The position numbers and the translations under genes were made by a program. Below are positions 8,649 through 17,915 of a stretch of DNA of 28,066 nt, piece by piece. This DNA comes from Fibrobacterota bacterium (GTDB taxonomy: Bacteria > Fibrobacterota > Fibrobacteria > UBA11236), in NCBI GenBank assembly GCA_043753995.1, contig JAYUVP010000243.1, positions 1 through 28,066 of the forward strand, given 5' to 3'. Under the pieces are notes generated by a model. The model saw nothing but the letters and a program-made list of their open reading frames with translations, ran no database searches and was not told the DNA's origin. Every line of letters starts with the position of its first letter. Positions within the stretch are counted from its first letter, which is position 1.

Positions 8649-10430
8649 TTAATGCGGCAGGGCTTTAAAAAAACCGAAATCAGGTTGATTGACGAGTTGA
8701 TCCCAGCGATGCCAACCGAAAACCATGCGCATGCTGCGATGCCAAGGGACTTCGTTCTTCACCGGGGAACGAAAAACCGCCAATCTTTCTCCGCAATCAC
8801 AAACCGCATGGTATTGGCCCCAAGCACTTGGCTTTTGATCTCGAAATTCGTCCTCGCCATGAACCTCCCAGTGATACCGGGTAACCTGGGTTCGCGGTTT
8901 ATTCCACTCCACCCGGGACAAATGCGATAGGGTGCTGGGATCTTGCCGGTCTATCCAGATGGTGTCTCCAGCAGGGATATTCTGCAGAGTCCATGCGGCC
9001 ATGGCTTGCCGATAACCTGGCCTATCGGCACGGAAAAACCAAGTCGTCGACAGCGCCGCAAAAAGTAAGGCGAGGCCGAGATAGAGGCTCCACATCGTCA
9101 AGGAGGCGCGTAACCAAGGTCGCTGAGACCCCAGCCGATAAGCCTGCTGATAGGTTTTCGATAAGGCCCAGCCCGCGAATAGAAGCCACAGGCAGGTGAC
9201 AGTTTGGGCCCGTTGCACTTCAAGCCCAAGTGCATTAGAGGGATAGAGGACAAAAAAGCAAAGCGTGACCGCTACCCACAGAGATTGCGATCGCGTCCAA
9301 CCGTTCAAGCCTGCCGAACGTGAGAATCGCAAACGCATCAATATTCCAAGCAAACCTGCGGCTCCGGTCGCATACAAAGGCAACCCCAAAGCCGCAGGCA
9401 AGGTATGCGCGAAATAAATCCAAGCTCGCGTCATCGGAGTCCCTGTATGCAAATCGGCGAGTCCCAGTAGCATGCGCTTTTGATTAGCCAAACCCTCGGC
9501 GCCGCCAGCATTCATCAGGGCGGGGGCAAAGAAAAAAGTTGCGACGGCAAGGGCCGTGGCTGCAAAGGCCCAGGCGGGTAGGTAGGCAGATAAGGCTGTT
9601 TGGCCTCGGCGCCAACCTACATAACCCTGATGAAGTAAAGCGATTCCCACGCCGAGCCCTACCGGCGCAAGTGTTAGTTTTGTCGCAATACCCATCCCTA
9701 AAACCATGCCGGCGAGGGCGGCCTGCCAAAACCTAGGCTGGTGGGTGCGATGGGAGTCCGTGAAATAAGCCGCCCATAGCATCAATCCCATTTCCATGGC
9801 GGCCATGGCCATGTTGTAAGTGATGAAGCGCCCATGGGTCAGCAGCAAGGGATGAAACAGAAAGGCAAAGGCACCGACGCATAGCCAGGCCGGATGGGCA
9901 ATGCCCGTGTATTGGCGCCAAAGCCCGAGAAAAATCAACAAGGCCGGCAAGGTTACAAGCACCGTGACCCAGCGTCCGAAGCGATAAAAAACCGTCATCC
10001 AACTTTCAGGGGAGTCGGCGGGCAAATGGAAAAACCGGGTCGCGAGTAGGGCGGTGAAGGCCGCAAAGCCCATCGGCGCCACGGGATTGAATGAAAGATG
10101 TCCCGGCACATAGGCCGATTGGTACAGTGCCCAAAGCCCCGGCCAAAAACCCATTTCTTGGCGTGCTATTTGTTTGCGCAAGGCATGGGTGCTCTCAAAC
10201 CAGGGTAGGAAAGCAGCGAAATTCTCTTCGTCATAGACATAGGAGCCATAAATGCGGCCTTGCGGGCCATAACCGGACGAAACCGGTGCGGCAACCAGTA
10301 AACTTTCGGGATATCCGGCTTGCCTCAGGCTAGCCTCGCTTATCCAACCCCAATCCATCACGGCGGCGCGCAGGGTAAAGCCGGCTAAGACGACGGCAAA
10401 CAGGGCTAGGCGTGAAATCCGTGGACGAAT
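8649..10430 (-). CDS. Polytopic membrane glycosyltransferase (GT-C fold, ArnT/PMT-like); start uncertain (ATT 10430 or GTG 10361)
   Basis: Many transmembrane segments, a DEE motif in the first loop, and FHPLLL and GMGIATK motifs. The frame stays open upstream of 10361 through an extra transmembrane helix. Confidence 0.7.
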   Translation of the reverse strand: MRPRISRLALFAVVLAGFTLRAAVMDWGWISEASLRQAGYPESLLVAAPVSSGYGPQGRIYGSYVYDEENFAAFLPWFESTHALRKQIARQEMGFWPGLWALYQSAYVPGHLSFNPVAPMGFAAFTALLATRFFHLPADSPESWMTVFYRFGRWVTVLVTLPALLIFLGLWRQYTGIAHPAWLCVGAFAFLFHPLLLTHGRFITYNMAMAAMEMGLMLWAAYFTDSHRTHQPRFWQAALAGMVLGMGIATKLTLAPVGLGVGIALLHQGYVGWRRGQTALSAYLPAWAFAATALAVATFFFAPALMNAGGAEGLANQKRMLLGLADLHTGTPMTRAWIYFAHTLPAALGLPLYATGAAGLLGILMRLRFSRSAGLNGWTRSQSLWVAVTLCFFVLYPSNALGLEVQRAQTVTCLWLLFAGWALSKTYQQAYRLGSQRPWLRASLTMWSLYLGLALLFAALSTTWFFRADRPGYRQAMAAWTLQNIPAGDTIWIDRQDPSTLSHLSRVEWNKPRTQVTRYHWEVHGEDEFRDQKPSAWGQYHAVCDCGERLAVFRSPVKNEVPWHRSMRMVFGWHRWDQLVNQPDFGFFKALPH

Positions 10431-10488
10431 AAGGCCGCTCCAGTTTGGAAAAGCATTTCCATGGTACCCTAGCTATTTTGGAAAGGCC

Positions 10489-11430
10489 ATGCCCGTTTAT
10501 CCCATCTCCACTCCGAATTCCCAAGGCCGCGACCGTATTTTACGTGGTACCGGGGACACCTCACCCATACGCTTGGTTTTGCTCGATGCAACGCAAGCGG
10601 CCCAAGCCATAGCCGATCAACATCAGGCCCAGGGCTTTGCCTGCGCTCTTTTAGGCGAAACCCTGTCGGCAGCCTTGCTCCTGGCCTCACGACTCAAGGG
10701 TCAAGGTACGGTGCAATTGCGCCTGCAATTAACAGGAGACATTGGCTTATGCGCGGCCGACGCAACACCTTTGGGCTTAGTGCGGGCGCGTATTCCGGCC
10801 GAAGATTTGCAGCGCACCGGAGCCTTTGAGCCCATGGTCTTACCCCAGCTCATCAAGGTGCGGAAATTGGATATGAACGGCGCTTGCTTGGCGGAGAGCC
10901 TAGTCGAAATGACATCGACCGATGTTTCAGAATGCTTGTCCTATTATCTCGCCCAAAGTGAACAAGTCGAGGCGCGATTGAAGGTGGGATCCGCCATGAG
11001 CGCCGATGGCTCTCGCTTGCTTTGGTGTGGAGGCTTTCTTGCCGAAACCTTCCCCGATGCTGAGACCGCCACCCGCCAGCAAATGTCCTCGCATCTCGCT
11101 GCTTGGGAAGGTTTGGAGCGCTTCGGCGATGCCACCGGAGTGGGTGGATTGAATTTGGAGTCGCTTTTTGAAGCCTTGCGCGGCGACATGGCCGCCAAAA
11201 TTCACCAAACCCTTGAAGTGACCCCTTATTGCCCATGCTCGAAAGACGGTGTTCTGCGGGCCCTTGCTTCGCTGGCTAGATCGGAATTGGAGTCCTTGCT
11301 GGAAGATACCGGGCCGGTGGAATTGCATTGTGATTTTTGCCGTCGCCTGTATTTGGCGGAAAAGGAAGAGATTCAAGGGCTGCTTGATGCTATGAGCGAA
11401 AGCGGCGACGTCAGCGACTTATTGCCTTAA
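10489..11430 (+). CDS. hslO: Hsp33 redox-regulated chaperone
   Basis: YYLAQSEQ, GGFL and the zinc centre CPC...CDFC. Confidence 0.92.
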   Translation: MPVYPISTPNSQGRDRILRGTGDTSPIRLVLLDATQAAQAIADQHQAQGFACALLGETLSAALLLASRLKGQGTVQLRLQLTGDIGLCAADATPLGLVRARIPAEDLQRTGAFEPMVLPQLIKVRKLDMNGACLAESLVEMTSTDVSECLSYYLAQSEQVEARLKVGSAMSADGSRLLWCGGFLAETFPDAETATRQQMSSHLAAWEGLERFGDATGVGGLNLESLFEALRGDMAAKIHQTLEVTPYCPCSKDGVLRALASLARSELESLLEDTGPVELHCDFCRRLYLAEKEEIQGLLDAMSESGDVSDLLP

Positions 11431-11588
11431 TTTGCAGGCCTTGAGCCTATTCATCCGTTTTCTCCCCACCCCGGTTTTGACTAACTTTTTACCCCCTGTT
11501 AGCCTGGATCAACTGCCGGTTCTCGGGGCGAATAGTGATATTGCAAATAAGAAAACGGATGTCGACGTGACATTCAGGTGCAGGTATT

Positions 11589-12497
11589 TTGAGTCTCGAA
11601 GGCAAACCCCTACTGGTTTTAGAACCAGACGATGCAACAAAAGAGGTGATCGAGTCCATTGTGCTCGATCATGACTTGAGCATGCATGTCGCCCATGACG
11701 TCGAAGACGCTCATCGCCTACTGGCGAAGGGCCCGGTTTTCGCATTTCTCTTTAATGCCAAAGAAGTCGGCGAACAGCCTTTGGAATACTTACGCAAACT
11801 CAAGGCACAAAGTCCCGAATTGCCTGTAATAGTCACCCTTGAAGAGGCAAAACAGGAAGCCGCCACGGATTTTCTGCAAGGTGGTGCCTATGCTTGTTTC
11901 GGCCTACCGCTTCCCCCAAGTGATTTTGACTTTGTCCTGGTCAAGCTCATCGCCAATTATACCGGGCTTTACAATCCCTTCTCGCTGAAATACGAGGAGA
12001 GACTGCTCATTATGCCCAATGATTTTTCCTTGGTCATGCAAGTTGCCAAAAGCCTGATAGAGGCCACCTTGCCCCAAAAGGAAAGAAATCGCTATCACGC
12101 AATACTGGGCCTTTCGGAGATGATCAATAATGCCATCGAGCATGGCAATCTCGGCATCAGCTTCGAAGAAAAGAGCCGCGCCTTAAAGGCCTCACGCTTT
12201 TACACTCTGGCCATTGAACGCACTCTTCGTCCGCCATTTAAGGATCGGGTGGTCACCATTCGCTCCCGAGTCTTCCCACAATTGCGTCGTATCGAATTTT
12301 TCATCGGCGATGAGGGTGATGGCTTCGACTGGCGCGCCTTGCCGGATCCCAAAGACAAGCAAAACCTGTTGAATCGCCATGGACGCGGCATCATGATGGC
12401 CCGCTATGCCTTCGATGAAATCATTTACAACGACAAAGGCAATGAGGTGACCTTGGCGCTCAACCTCGACAGCCCCAATCGCGGAAAACGGAATTAA
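11589..12497 (+). CDS. Receiver-like domain fused to RsbW/SpoIIAB-type HATPase
   Basis: N-terminal CheY-like pattern (LLVLEPD, PELPVIV, GAYACF). C-terminal EMINNAIEHGN, DEGDGFDW, GRGI and YNDKGN. TTG start. Confidence 0.85.
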   Translation: MSLEGKPLLVLEPDDATKEVIESIVLDHDLSMHVAHDVEDAHRLLAKGPVFAFLFNAKEVGEQPLEYLRKLKAQSPELPVIVTLEEAKQEAATDFLQGGAYACFGLPLPPSDFDFVLVKLIANYTGLYNPFSLKYEERLLIMPNDFSLVMQVAKSLIEATLPQKERNRYHAILGLSEMINNAIEHGNLGISFEEKSRALKASRFYTLAIERTLRPPFKDRVVTIRSRVFPQLRRIEFFIGDEGDGFDWRALPDPKDKQNLLNRHGRGIMMARYAFDEIIYNDKGNEVTLALNLDSPNRGKRN

Positions 12498-12499
12498 CC

Positions 12500-14410
12500 A
12501 TGGCCTATTTGGTGATGGCGCGCAAATGGCGCCCACGCAATTTCGAGGAAATGGTGGGGCAAGACCATATCGCCCGCACCTTGCGCAATGCCATTGAAGG
12601 CAAGCGCATCGCCCATGCCTATCTCTTCACCGGCACTCGCGGAGTCGGTAAAACCACTTCCGCGCGCATTCTGGCGAAGGCCTTGAATTGCGAAAAAGGT
12701 CCGACTCCGACCCCCTGTGAGATCTGTGACAGCTGCCGGGCCGTAGCCGCTGGAACCTCCATGGATGTGCTCGAAATCGATGGAGCCAGCAATCGTGGCG
12801 TCGGCGAAATCCGAGAATTGCGTGAGCAGGTCAAGTATGCTCCCATGCAAGGGACCTATAAGGTCTATATCATCGACGAAGTGCATATGCTCACCAAGGA
12901 GGCCTTCAATGCCTTGCTCAAAACCTTGGAAGAGCCTCCTCCCCATGTGGTTTTCCTATTCGCAACTACAGAAGCGAATAAGGTGCCGCACACCATTTTG
13001 TCGCGCGTGCAGCGCTTCGATTTCAAACGCATCTCGGAGGCGCAAATTCGAGGTCGCCTCGAATTCATCTGCGGGAAAGAAGACATCACCTTTGAAACCG
13101 AGGCCTTGGAAGCCATTGCCCGTAAGGCCGATGGAAGCATGCGGGACGCCCTCAGCCTCTTCGATCAAGTCATCGCCTTTTCAGGCAGCTCGCTCAGCCT
13201 CGACGATGCCCGTCGCATCTTAGGGCTGCCGCCCGACACCTTATTCACCGACTTGCTCGATGCCTTGGTGGCGCATGACGGGGCCGCTTGCTATCGATTG
13301 CTGGAACGTGTAGTTGGTGAGGGCATTGAGCTCGGGGAATTCTTGCTCGGCTTTGGATCGCATTTGCGCGATGTGCTTTTCGCGCGCCAGGAAGGTATCG
13401 GGGCGACCTCCCTGGGGTTTTCCGAAAATCGATTCCGGGATTTGCGCGCCACCCATGTCGATTTGCGTGATGGCGATTTGATTCGCTATGGCAAAATCGT
13501 ATCGGATTTGCTGGCGGGTTTGCGGACCGCGGCCCATCCTCGCCTGCATGTGGAAATGGGACTATTACGCATGGCCGCTTTGGATCGCATCGCGACCTTG
13601 TCCCAATTGATGCAAAGTGGCGCAGGCGCAGCCATTGTCGAAACCGGCGGCGCCCATGCCTTGGCCACCCCAGATGCTGGGCCTGGGGTGGCCGCTTCAC
13701 TTTCCAAAAAGCCCAGTAACCCCACCGCTACGGAGCCGGCCAAGTTCCCTACGACTCCTATAGCGGTGGCGGAATATGCCCCCGCGAAAACCGCTTCGCC
13801 CTATAGCGATTCTGCCTCGAACTTGACGGCAGCATTTGAACCCGTTACCGACGATTTCAGCCTTGCTGGGGCGGCCAAGAAAAACGACCCAGGACCTAGT
13901 CCTTTGGTTGCGACCGAGGACGGGCCTGATTACGATCTGGACGGGCCCGAGCCCTATTTCGATGGCGATGAGGAAATGCCCATTCGGCCAAAACCCGCGC
14001 CAGAAGCTCCCCCAGTTCTTGTTTTCGAAGGCCTTGACGATTTGGCAGAAAAATGGTCCCTGCTCTTAGAAGCCTTTTCCCAAGAAACCACTTTGGTGAG
14101 CATTCACCTTGGCAATTCGCGTGCCCAGGTCGACCGCGAAAATCAGCGATTGAAAATCGAGGTCGCCCACCCTATCGCCCTGGATTTCTTTCAAGGCAAT
14201 GGCGATGGTCGACGAAAGCTGCAAGCCATGCTCAAAGAGCGCATGCGCCAAGCACTGGAAATTCCCCTGCACGTGACCTTGCAGGAGGCGGGAACGGCGC
14301 TGACCCCGACCAAGACCGTGGCTTCTGGGCAAAAGAAAAGGCTTATCGACGAGCCCATCGTCCAAACCCTCATGCAAATCTTCGAGGGCCGCATTCTCTC
14401 CGGCGGTTGA
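12500..14410 (+). CDS. dnaX: DNA polymerase III subunit gamma/tau
   Basis: ARKWRP, GTRGVGKT, PCEICDSC, EIDGAS, IIDEVHML, FNALLKTLEEPP and GSMRDA. Pro/Ala/acidic linker followed by a C-terminal domain. Confidence 0.98.
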   Translation: MAYLVMARKWRPRNFEEMVGQDHIARTLRNAIEGKRIAHAYLFTGTRGVGKTTSARILAKALNCEKGPTPTPCEICDSCRAVAAGTSMDVLEIDGASNRGVGEIRELREQVKYAPMQGTYKVYIIDEVHMLTKEAFNALLKTLEEPPPHVVFLFATTEANKVPHTILSRVQRFDFKRISEAQIRGRLEFICGKEDITFETEALEAIARKADGSMRDALSLFDQVIAFSGSSLSLDDARRILGLPPDTLFTDLLDALVAHDGAACYRLLERVVGEGIELGEFLLGFGSHLRDVLFARQEGIGATSLGFSENRFRDLRATHVDLRDGDLIRYGKIVSDLLAGLRTAAHPRLHVEMGLLRMAALDRIATLSQLMQSGAGAAIVETGGAHALATPDAGPGVAASLSKKPSNPTATEPAKFPTTPIAVAEYAPAKTASPYSDSASNLTAAFEPVTDDFSLAGAAKKNDPGPSPLVATEDGPDYDLDGPEPYFDGDEEMPIRPKPAPEAPPVLVFEGLDDLAEKWSLLLEAFSQETTLVSIHLGNSRAQVDRENQRLKIEVAHPIALDFFQGNGDGRRKLQAMLKERMRQALEIPLHVTLQEAGTALTPTKTVASGQKKRLIDEPIVQTLMQIFEGRILSGG

Positions 14411-14482
14411 CCGGCTTCAATCCAACTATTTTTCGTGTCCTAAAATTCGCATCGATATCCTTTTAGTCCGCCGGGAGGGCTT

Positions 14483-14788
14483 ATGAATATTCAGAAAATG
14501 ATGAAGGAACTCCAAAAGGTTCAGGGCAAAATGAGCCAGGTGCAAGCCGAATTGGAAACTGCCGTTTTCACGGCCGAGGCGGGTGGCGGAGCCGTCAAGC
14601 TCGGTATGAATGGACGCTTTGAAGTTCAGCTCCTGAAAATCGCCAAAGAAGCCGTCGATCCCGATGATGTCGAAGCCCTGGAAGATTTACTGCTCGCCGC
14701 TTTCCGCGAAGCCAAGGCCAAGGTGGATGCCGCTTCTTCGGAAAAGATGGGCGGGCTCACCAAGGGACTCGGCATTCCGGGAATGTGA
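14483..14788 (+). CDS. ybaB: YbaB/EbfC nucleoid-associated protein
   Basis: AGGGAVK, VDPDDVEALEDL and GLGIPGM. GGGAGG Shine-Dalgarno. Canonical position after dnaX. Confidence 0.95.
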   Translation: MNIQKMMKELQKVQGKMSQVQAELETAVFTAEAGGGAVKLGMNGRFEVQLLKIAKEAVDPDDVEALEDLLLAAFREAKAKVDAASSEKMGGLTKGLGIPGM

Positions 14789-14818
14789 TCCCTCTTCCCT
14801 AAGGTAAATTTCATCTCC

Positions 14819-15625
14819 ATGCAAACTTTGTTGACCACCCTGCAAGTGTTATTGCCTGCGGGCTATGCCATCACCTTATGGCTTTATGGTCGCTTGTTTT
14901 TCACCGAAGACGAAGCGCGCTACGATGCGCGCGCCAAGTGGAGCTTTTTGCTTTCGCTCGGCTTGCATTCCGTGCTTTTGCTCGCCTTAGGGGGGTATCA
15001 CCGGCGTTGCCCCCTGGGCACCCAGGGAGAGGCCTTGCTCTTCATGGCTTGGATGCTCGCCCTCATTCACTTGCTTTCCGAATGGTCGGCCGACACCCGG
15101 CGCATGGGGTTTTTCACCCTCGGCCCCATCACCATATGCACGGCAGCGGCGGTGGGCTTGCAGGGCCAGGAGTTTTTCGGCATACAAGGCCAACCCAGCT
15201 CCTGGCTCATTTTCCATATCGTCGCAAGCTTGGTGTCTTATGCCGGCTATTGCCTGGCCGCTATTTTAGCCTGCCTTTATTTGCTTTTGCACCGCCGCCT
15301 CAAGCAAAAGCGATTTGATCTCACCTTTCGAAAATTGCCGCCGCTGGATAAACTCGATAAGCTATCGGCGATGTGGGCGGCACTCGGCAGCCTTACCATG
15401 TTGGCCAGCAGCTTGACCGGCTTCCTCTATGTTCGGCACGCCAATATTCATGGCATGCAATCGAGAGAGCTAGCCATTTACGTAGTCCTTCTTGTTTTCG
15501 GTGCCACGGCAGCTTCTCGGCGGCTTTTGGGCTGGCGCGGCCATCGCCATGCCCAATTGGTGTGCATCGGATTCGGCTTGCTTCTCCTCACGAATTTATT
15601 GGGAACTCATGGGTTCAGTCTCTGA
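14819..15625 (+). CDS. CcsA/HemX-like membrane protein
   Basis: About 8 transmembrane helices, WLIFHI, LPPLDKLD, GWRG and a terminal His. Immediately upstream of hemA. Confidence 0.8.
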   Translation: MQTLLTTLQVLLPAGYAITLWLYGRLFFTEDEARYDARAKWSFLLSLGLHSVLLLALGGYHRRCPLGTQGEALLFMAWMLALIHLLSEWSADTRRMGFFTLGPITICTAAAVGLQGQEFFGIQGQPSSWLIFHIVASLVSYAGYCLAAILACLYLLLHRRLKQKRFDLTFRKLPPLDKLDKLSAMWAALGSLTMLASSLTGFLYVRHANIHGMQSRELAIYVVLLVFGATAASRRLLGWRGHRHAQLVCIGFGLLLLTNLLGTHGFSL

Positions 15626-16916
15626 ACCCAGACCGGCCTTGCCGGGTGGTGAGAAAAAGCCTGAAATTCTTTTGCTCGGCGCCAATCATCTCACGGCATC
15701 GGTTGATTTGCGCGATCGCTTGCTCTTCAATGAAAACGGCATTCAGGATTTAGTGACGCGCCTGCGTGAGGTCGGCACCCTCGAAACCGTGGTCCTTTCC
15801 ACCTGCAATCGCTCCGAAGTCTATGCCGTCACCTCCGATGCCGAAGTGACTTGCGAGGCCTTGCTCAAGGCTTGGTCCGAATTGCGAGGCGTGTCCATCG
15901 AAGAAATTCGCACTCACAGCTATCGCTATTCCGGCTCGGAAGCCGTGCGCCATTTATTTCGCGTCATGGGCTCGCTGGACAGCTTGGTATTGGGAGAAAC
16001 CCAAATTCTCGGCCAGGTCAAGAGCGCCTATCAGCGTGCCGTCGAAAACGGCTGGACCGACCTTCACCTCAATCATTTATTCCAGGCCGGCATCCATGTC
16101 GGTAAGCGAGTACACGCCGAAACGACCATCCACGAAGGCGCGGTTTCGATTTCCTATGCCGCCGTGATGCTGGCGAAAAAAGTGCTCGGCGATTTGCGCG
16201 GCAAGGTCGTCGGCTTGGTGGGAACGGGTGAAATGGGTGAATTGGCCGCCCAGCATTTGCATAAAGCGGGGGTCAGCCGCTTTGTCATTTTCAATCGCTC
16301 CTTGGCTGGGGCCGAAAAACTGGCTGCTGATTTCGGCGGAGAAATAGCGCTTTTGCCCGACCTGGAAAAACGCCTGCATGTTTGCGATATCGTCATCTCC
16401 GCAACGGGAGCACCCGATGTGGTGATTACCCGAAGGCATGCGGAAATCGCTGCGCGACAACGCGGCGGACACCCGCTCTTTCTCATCGACATCGCGGCCC
16501 CGCGCGACATCGATACGGCCTGCGGCGAAGTCGCCAATACCTTTTTGTTCACCATCGATGACTTGATGGCCATCGTCAAGGAAAATCAGGATTTGCGACG
16601 GCAGGCGGCCGAAAAGGCCATGGCCATTATCGAGGACGAGGCTGCCAAGGTGGAAGCCTGGGCGCAAGGCCTTGACATCGTTCCCATCATCAAGGCCATG
16701 CGCGAACGACATCAAATCCTGATGGACCGCGAACTGGAAAAATGGGGCGCCGGCCAAAGCCCCGAAGTCCGCAAACAGCTCGAAGGTCTGGCGCGCGGCC
16801 TGATGAACAAGTTTTTGCATGCCCCCACCACCGGCCTCAAGCAATTAGGCGAACAGGGCGATGGGTCACGGGGCGGTTACTATACCCGCGCGCTTTTCGG
16901 TTTGGACAAGGAGTGA
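15609..16916 (+). CDS. hemA: Glutamyl-tRNA reductase
   Basis: STCNRSE, SLDSLVLGETQILGQV, GTGEMG and DIAAPRDI. Start placed at ATG 15609. Confidence 0.97.
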   Translation: MGSVSEPRPALPGGEKKPEILLLGANHLTASVDLRDRLLFNENGIQDLVTRLREVGTLETVVLSTCNRSEVYAVTSDAEVTCEALLKAWSELRGVSIEEIRTHSYRYSGSEAVRHLFRVMGSLDSLVLGETQILGQVKSAYQRAVENGWTDLHLNHLFQAGIHVGKRVHAETTIHEGAVSISYAAVMLAKKVLGDLRGKVVGLVGTGEMGELAAQHLHKAGVSRFVIFNRSLAGAEKLAADFGGEIALLPDLEKRLHVCDIVISATGAPDVVITRRHAEIAARQRGGHPLFLIDIAAPRDIDTACGEVANTFLFTIDDLMAIVKENQDLRRQAAEKAMAIIEDEAAKVEAWAQGLDIVPIIKAMRERHQILMDRELEKWGAGQSPEVRKQLEGLARGLMNKFLHAPTTGLKQLGEQGDGSRGGYYTRALFGLDKE

Positions 16917-16920
16917 AACC

Positions 16921-16944
16921 ATGAATCAAGGCATGAATCAAGGC
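16921..16944 (+). repeat. 12-bp tandem duplication at the hemC start
   Basis: ATGAATCAAGGC occurs twice in tandem (MNQG MNQG). Confidence 0.9.
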
Positions 16945-17880
16945 GAAGGGCGATTGTTTCGTCTAGGCAGCCGGGGAAGCGATTTGGCCCTGACCCAAAG
17001 CCGCTGGGTGATGGCGCAATTGCAGGAAGCCATGCCCATGGCGCGCATTGAATTGCAAGTCATCAAGACTCAGGGCGATGCCGACCAAACCACGCGCCTC
17101 GACGCCTTTCCGGTTTGGGGAGTCTTCGTCAAAGAATTGCAGGCCGCCTTGCTCGATGGGCGCATCGATTTCGCCGTCCATTCCTTGAAAGACGTTCCCG
17201 ACATTCAGCCCAAGGGGCTAGTCTTGTCGGCCTTTCCCCCGCGCGAAGACGCGCGCGATGTTTTGGTGTCACAGGGAAAGCGTTTTTCTGAATTGCCAGC
17301 CGGATCTAAGGTGGGCACGGGCTCGCCGCGACGCGTGATGCAATTGCGCGCTTTGCGTCCCGATCTCGAATATCTCCCTCTCCGGGGCAATGTGGATACC
17401 CGAGTGCGCAAGGTACGCGACGGTGAATTGGCCGCTACGCTTTTGGCAGCTGCCGGTTTGAAGCGACTCGGTCGCGCTTCCGACATCACCCACACTTTCG
17501 GATTTCACGAAATGATTCCCGCCATCGGCCAAGCTTCCTTGGCCTTGGAATGCCGCGAAGACGATTCAGAAACACGCGAACTTCTAAGTCACCTTGATGA
17601 TGAAGAAACGCATATTCTCGTCAGCCTCGAACGCCGATTCATGGCGGCGGTTGGCGGGGGCTGCAAGGTGCCCATGGCTGCCCATGCCTATGCCACCGGT
17701 TCCGGAATTCGCTTTCTCTGCGCCATGGGGAAACCCGATGGCGGTGCCATGGCGCGCCTCGAACGCAATGTCGATTTCGACGATGCCGAGGAAGAGATCG
17801 ACGAACTCGCCAAGGAATTATTGGAAGAATGTCGCATGCGCGGCATACCCACCCCCGATCGCCCTGGCGCATCCGGTTAA
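16921..17880 (+). CDS. hemC: Hydroxymethylbilane synthase
   Basis: GSRGSDLALTQ, AVHSLKD, REDARD, LRGNVDTR and GGCKVP. AAGGAG Shine-Dalgarno before ATG 16921. Confidence 0.97.
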   Translation: MNQGMNQGEGRLFRLGSRGSDLALTQSRWVMAQLQEAMPMARIELQVIKTQGDADQTTRLDAFPVWGVFVKELQAALLDGRIDFAVHSLKDVPDIQPKGLVLSAFPPREDARDVLVSQGKRFSELPAGSKVGTGSPRRVMQLRALRPDLEYLPLRGNVDTRVRKVRDGELAATLLAAAGLKRLGRASDITHTFGFHEMIPAIGQASLALECREDDSETRELLSHLDDEETHILVSLERRFMAAVGGGCKVPMAAHAYATGSGIRFLCAMGKPDGGAMARLERNVDFDDAEEEIDELAKELLEECRMRGIPTPDRPGASG

Positions 17881-17915
17881 TCGATAAACGTGAGAGACGT
17901 AGCTGAGGAGTGAAC

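Noticed and set aside
11433..11582. SRP RNA (ffs), which often precedes dnaX
   Set aside because: The conserved CAGG..GRAA..AGCA domain IV motif is not recognisable on either strand.
13875..13900. Second possible dnaX slippery site, AAG AAA AAC
   Set aside because: It fits known bacterial shift motifs less well than the site at 13705, and its -1 stop is further away.
14399..14410. DnaX ends in Gly-Gly, like a sulfur-carrier or ubiquitin tail that the MoeB could act on
   Set aside because: There is no beta-grasp domain and DnaX C-termini are variable, so this is most likely chance.
16077..16844. Long antisense ORFs (255 aa opposite hemA; similar ones opposite moeB, dnaX and hemD)
   Set aside because: They are shadow frames of well-supported genes in GC-rich sequence and carry no recognisable motifs.
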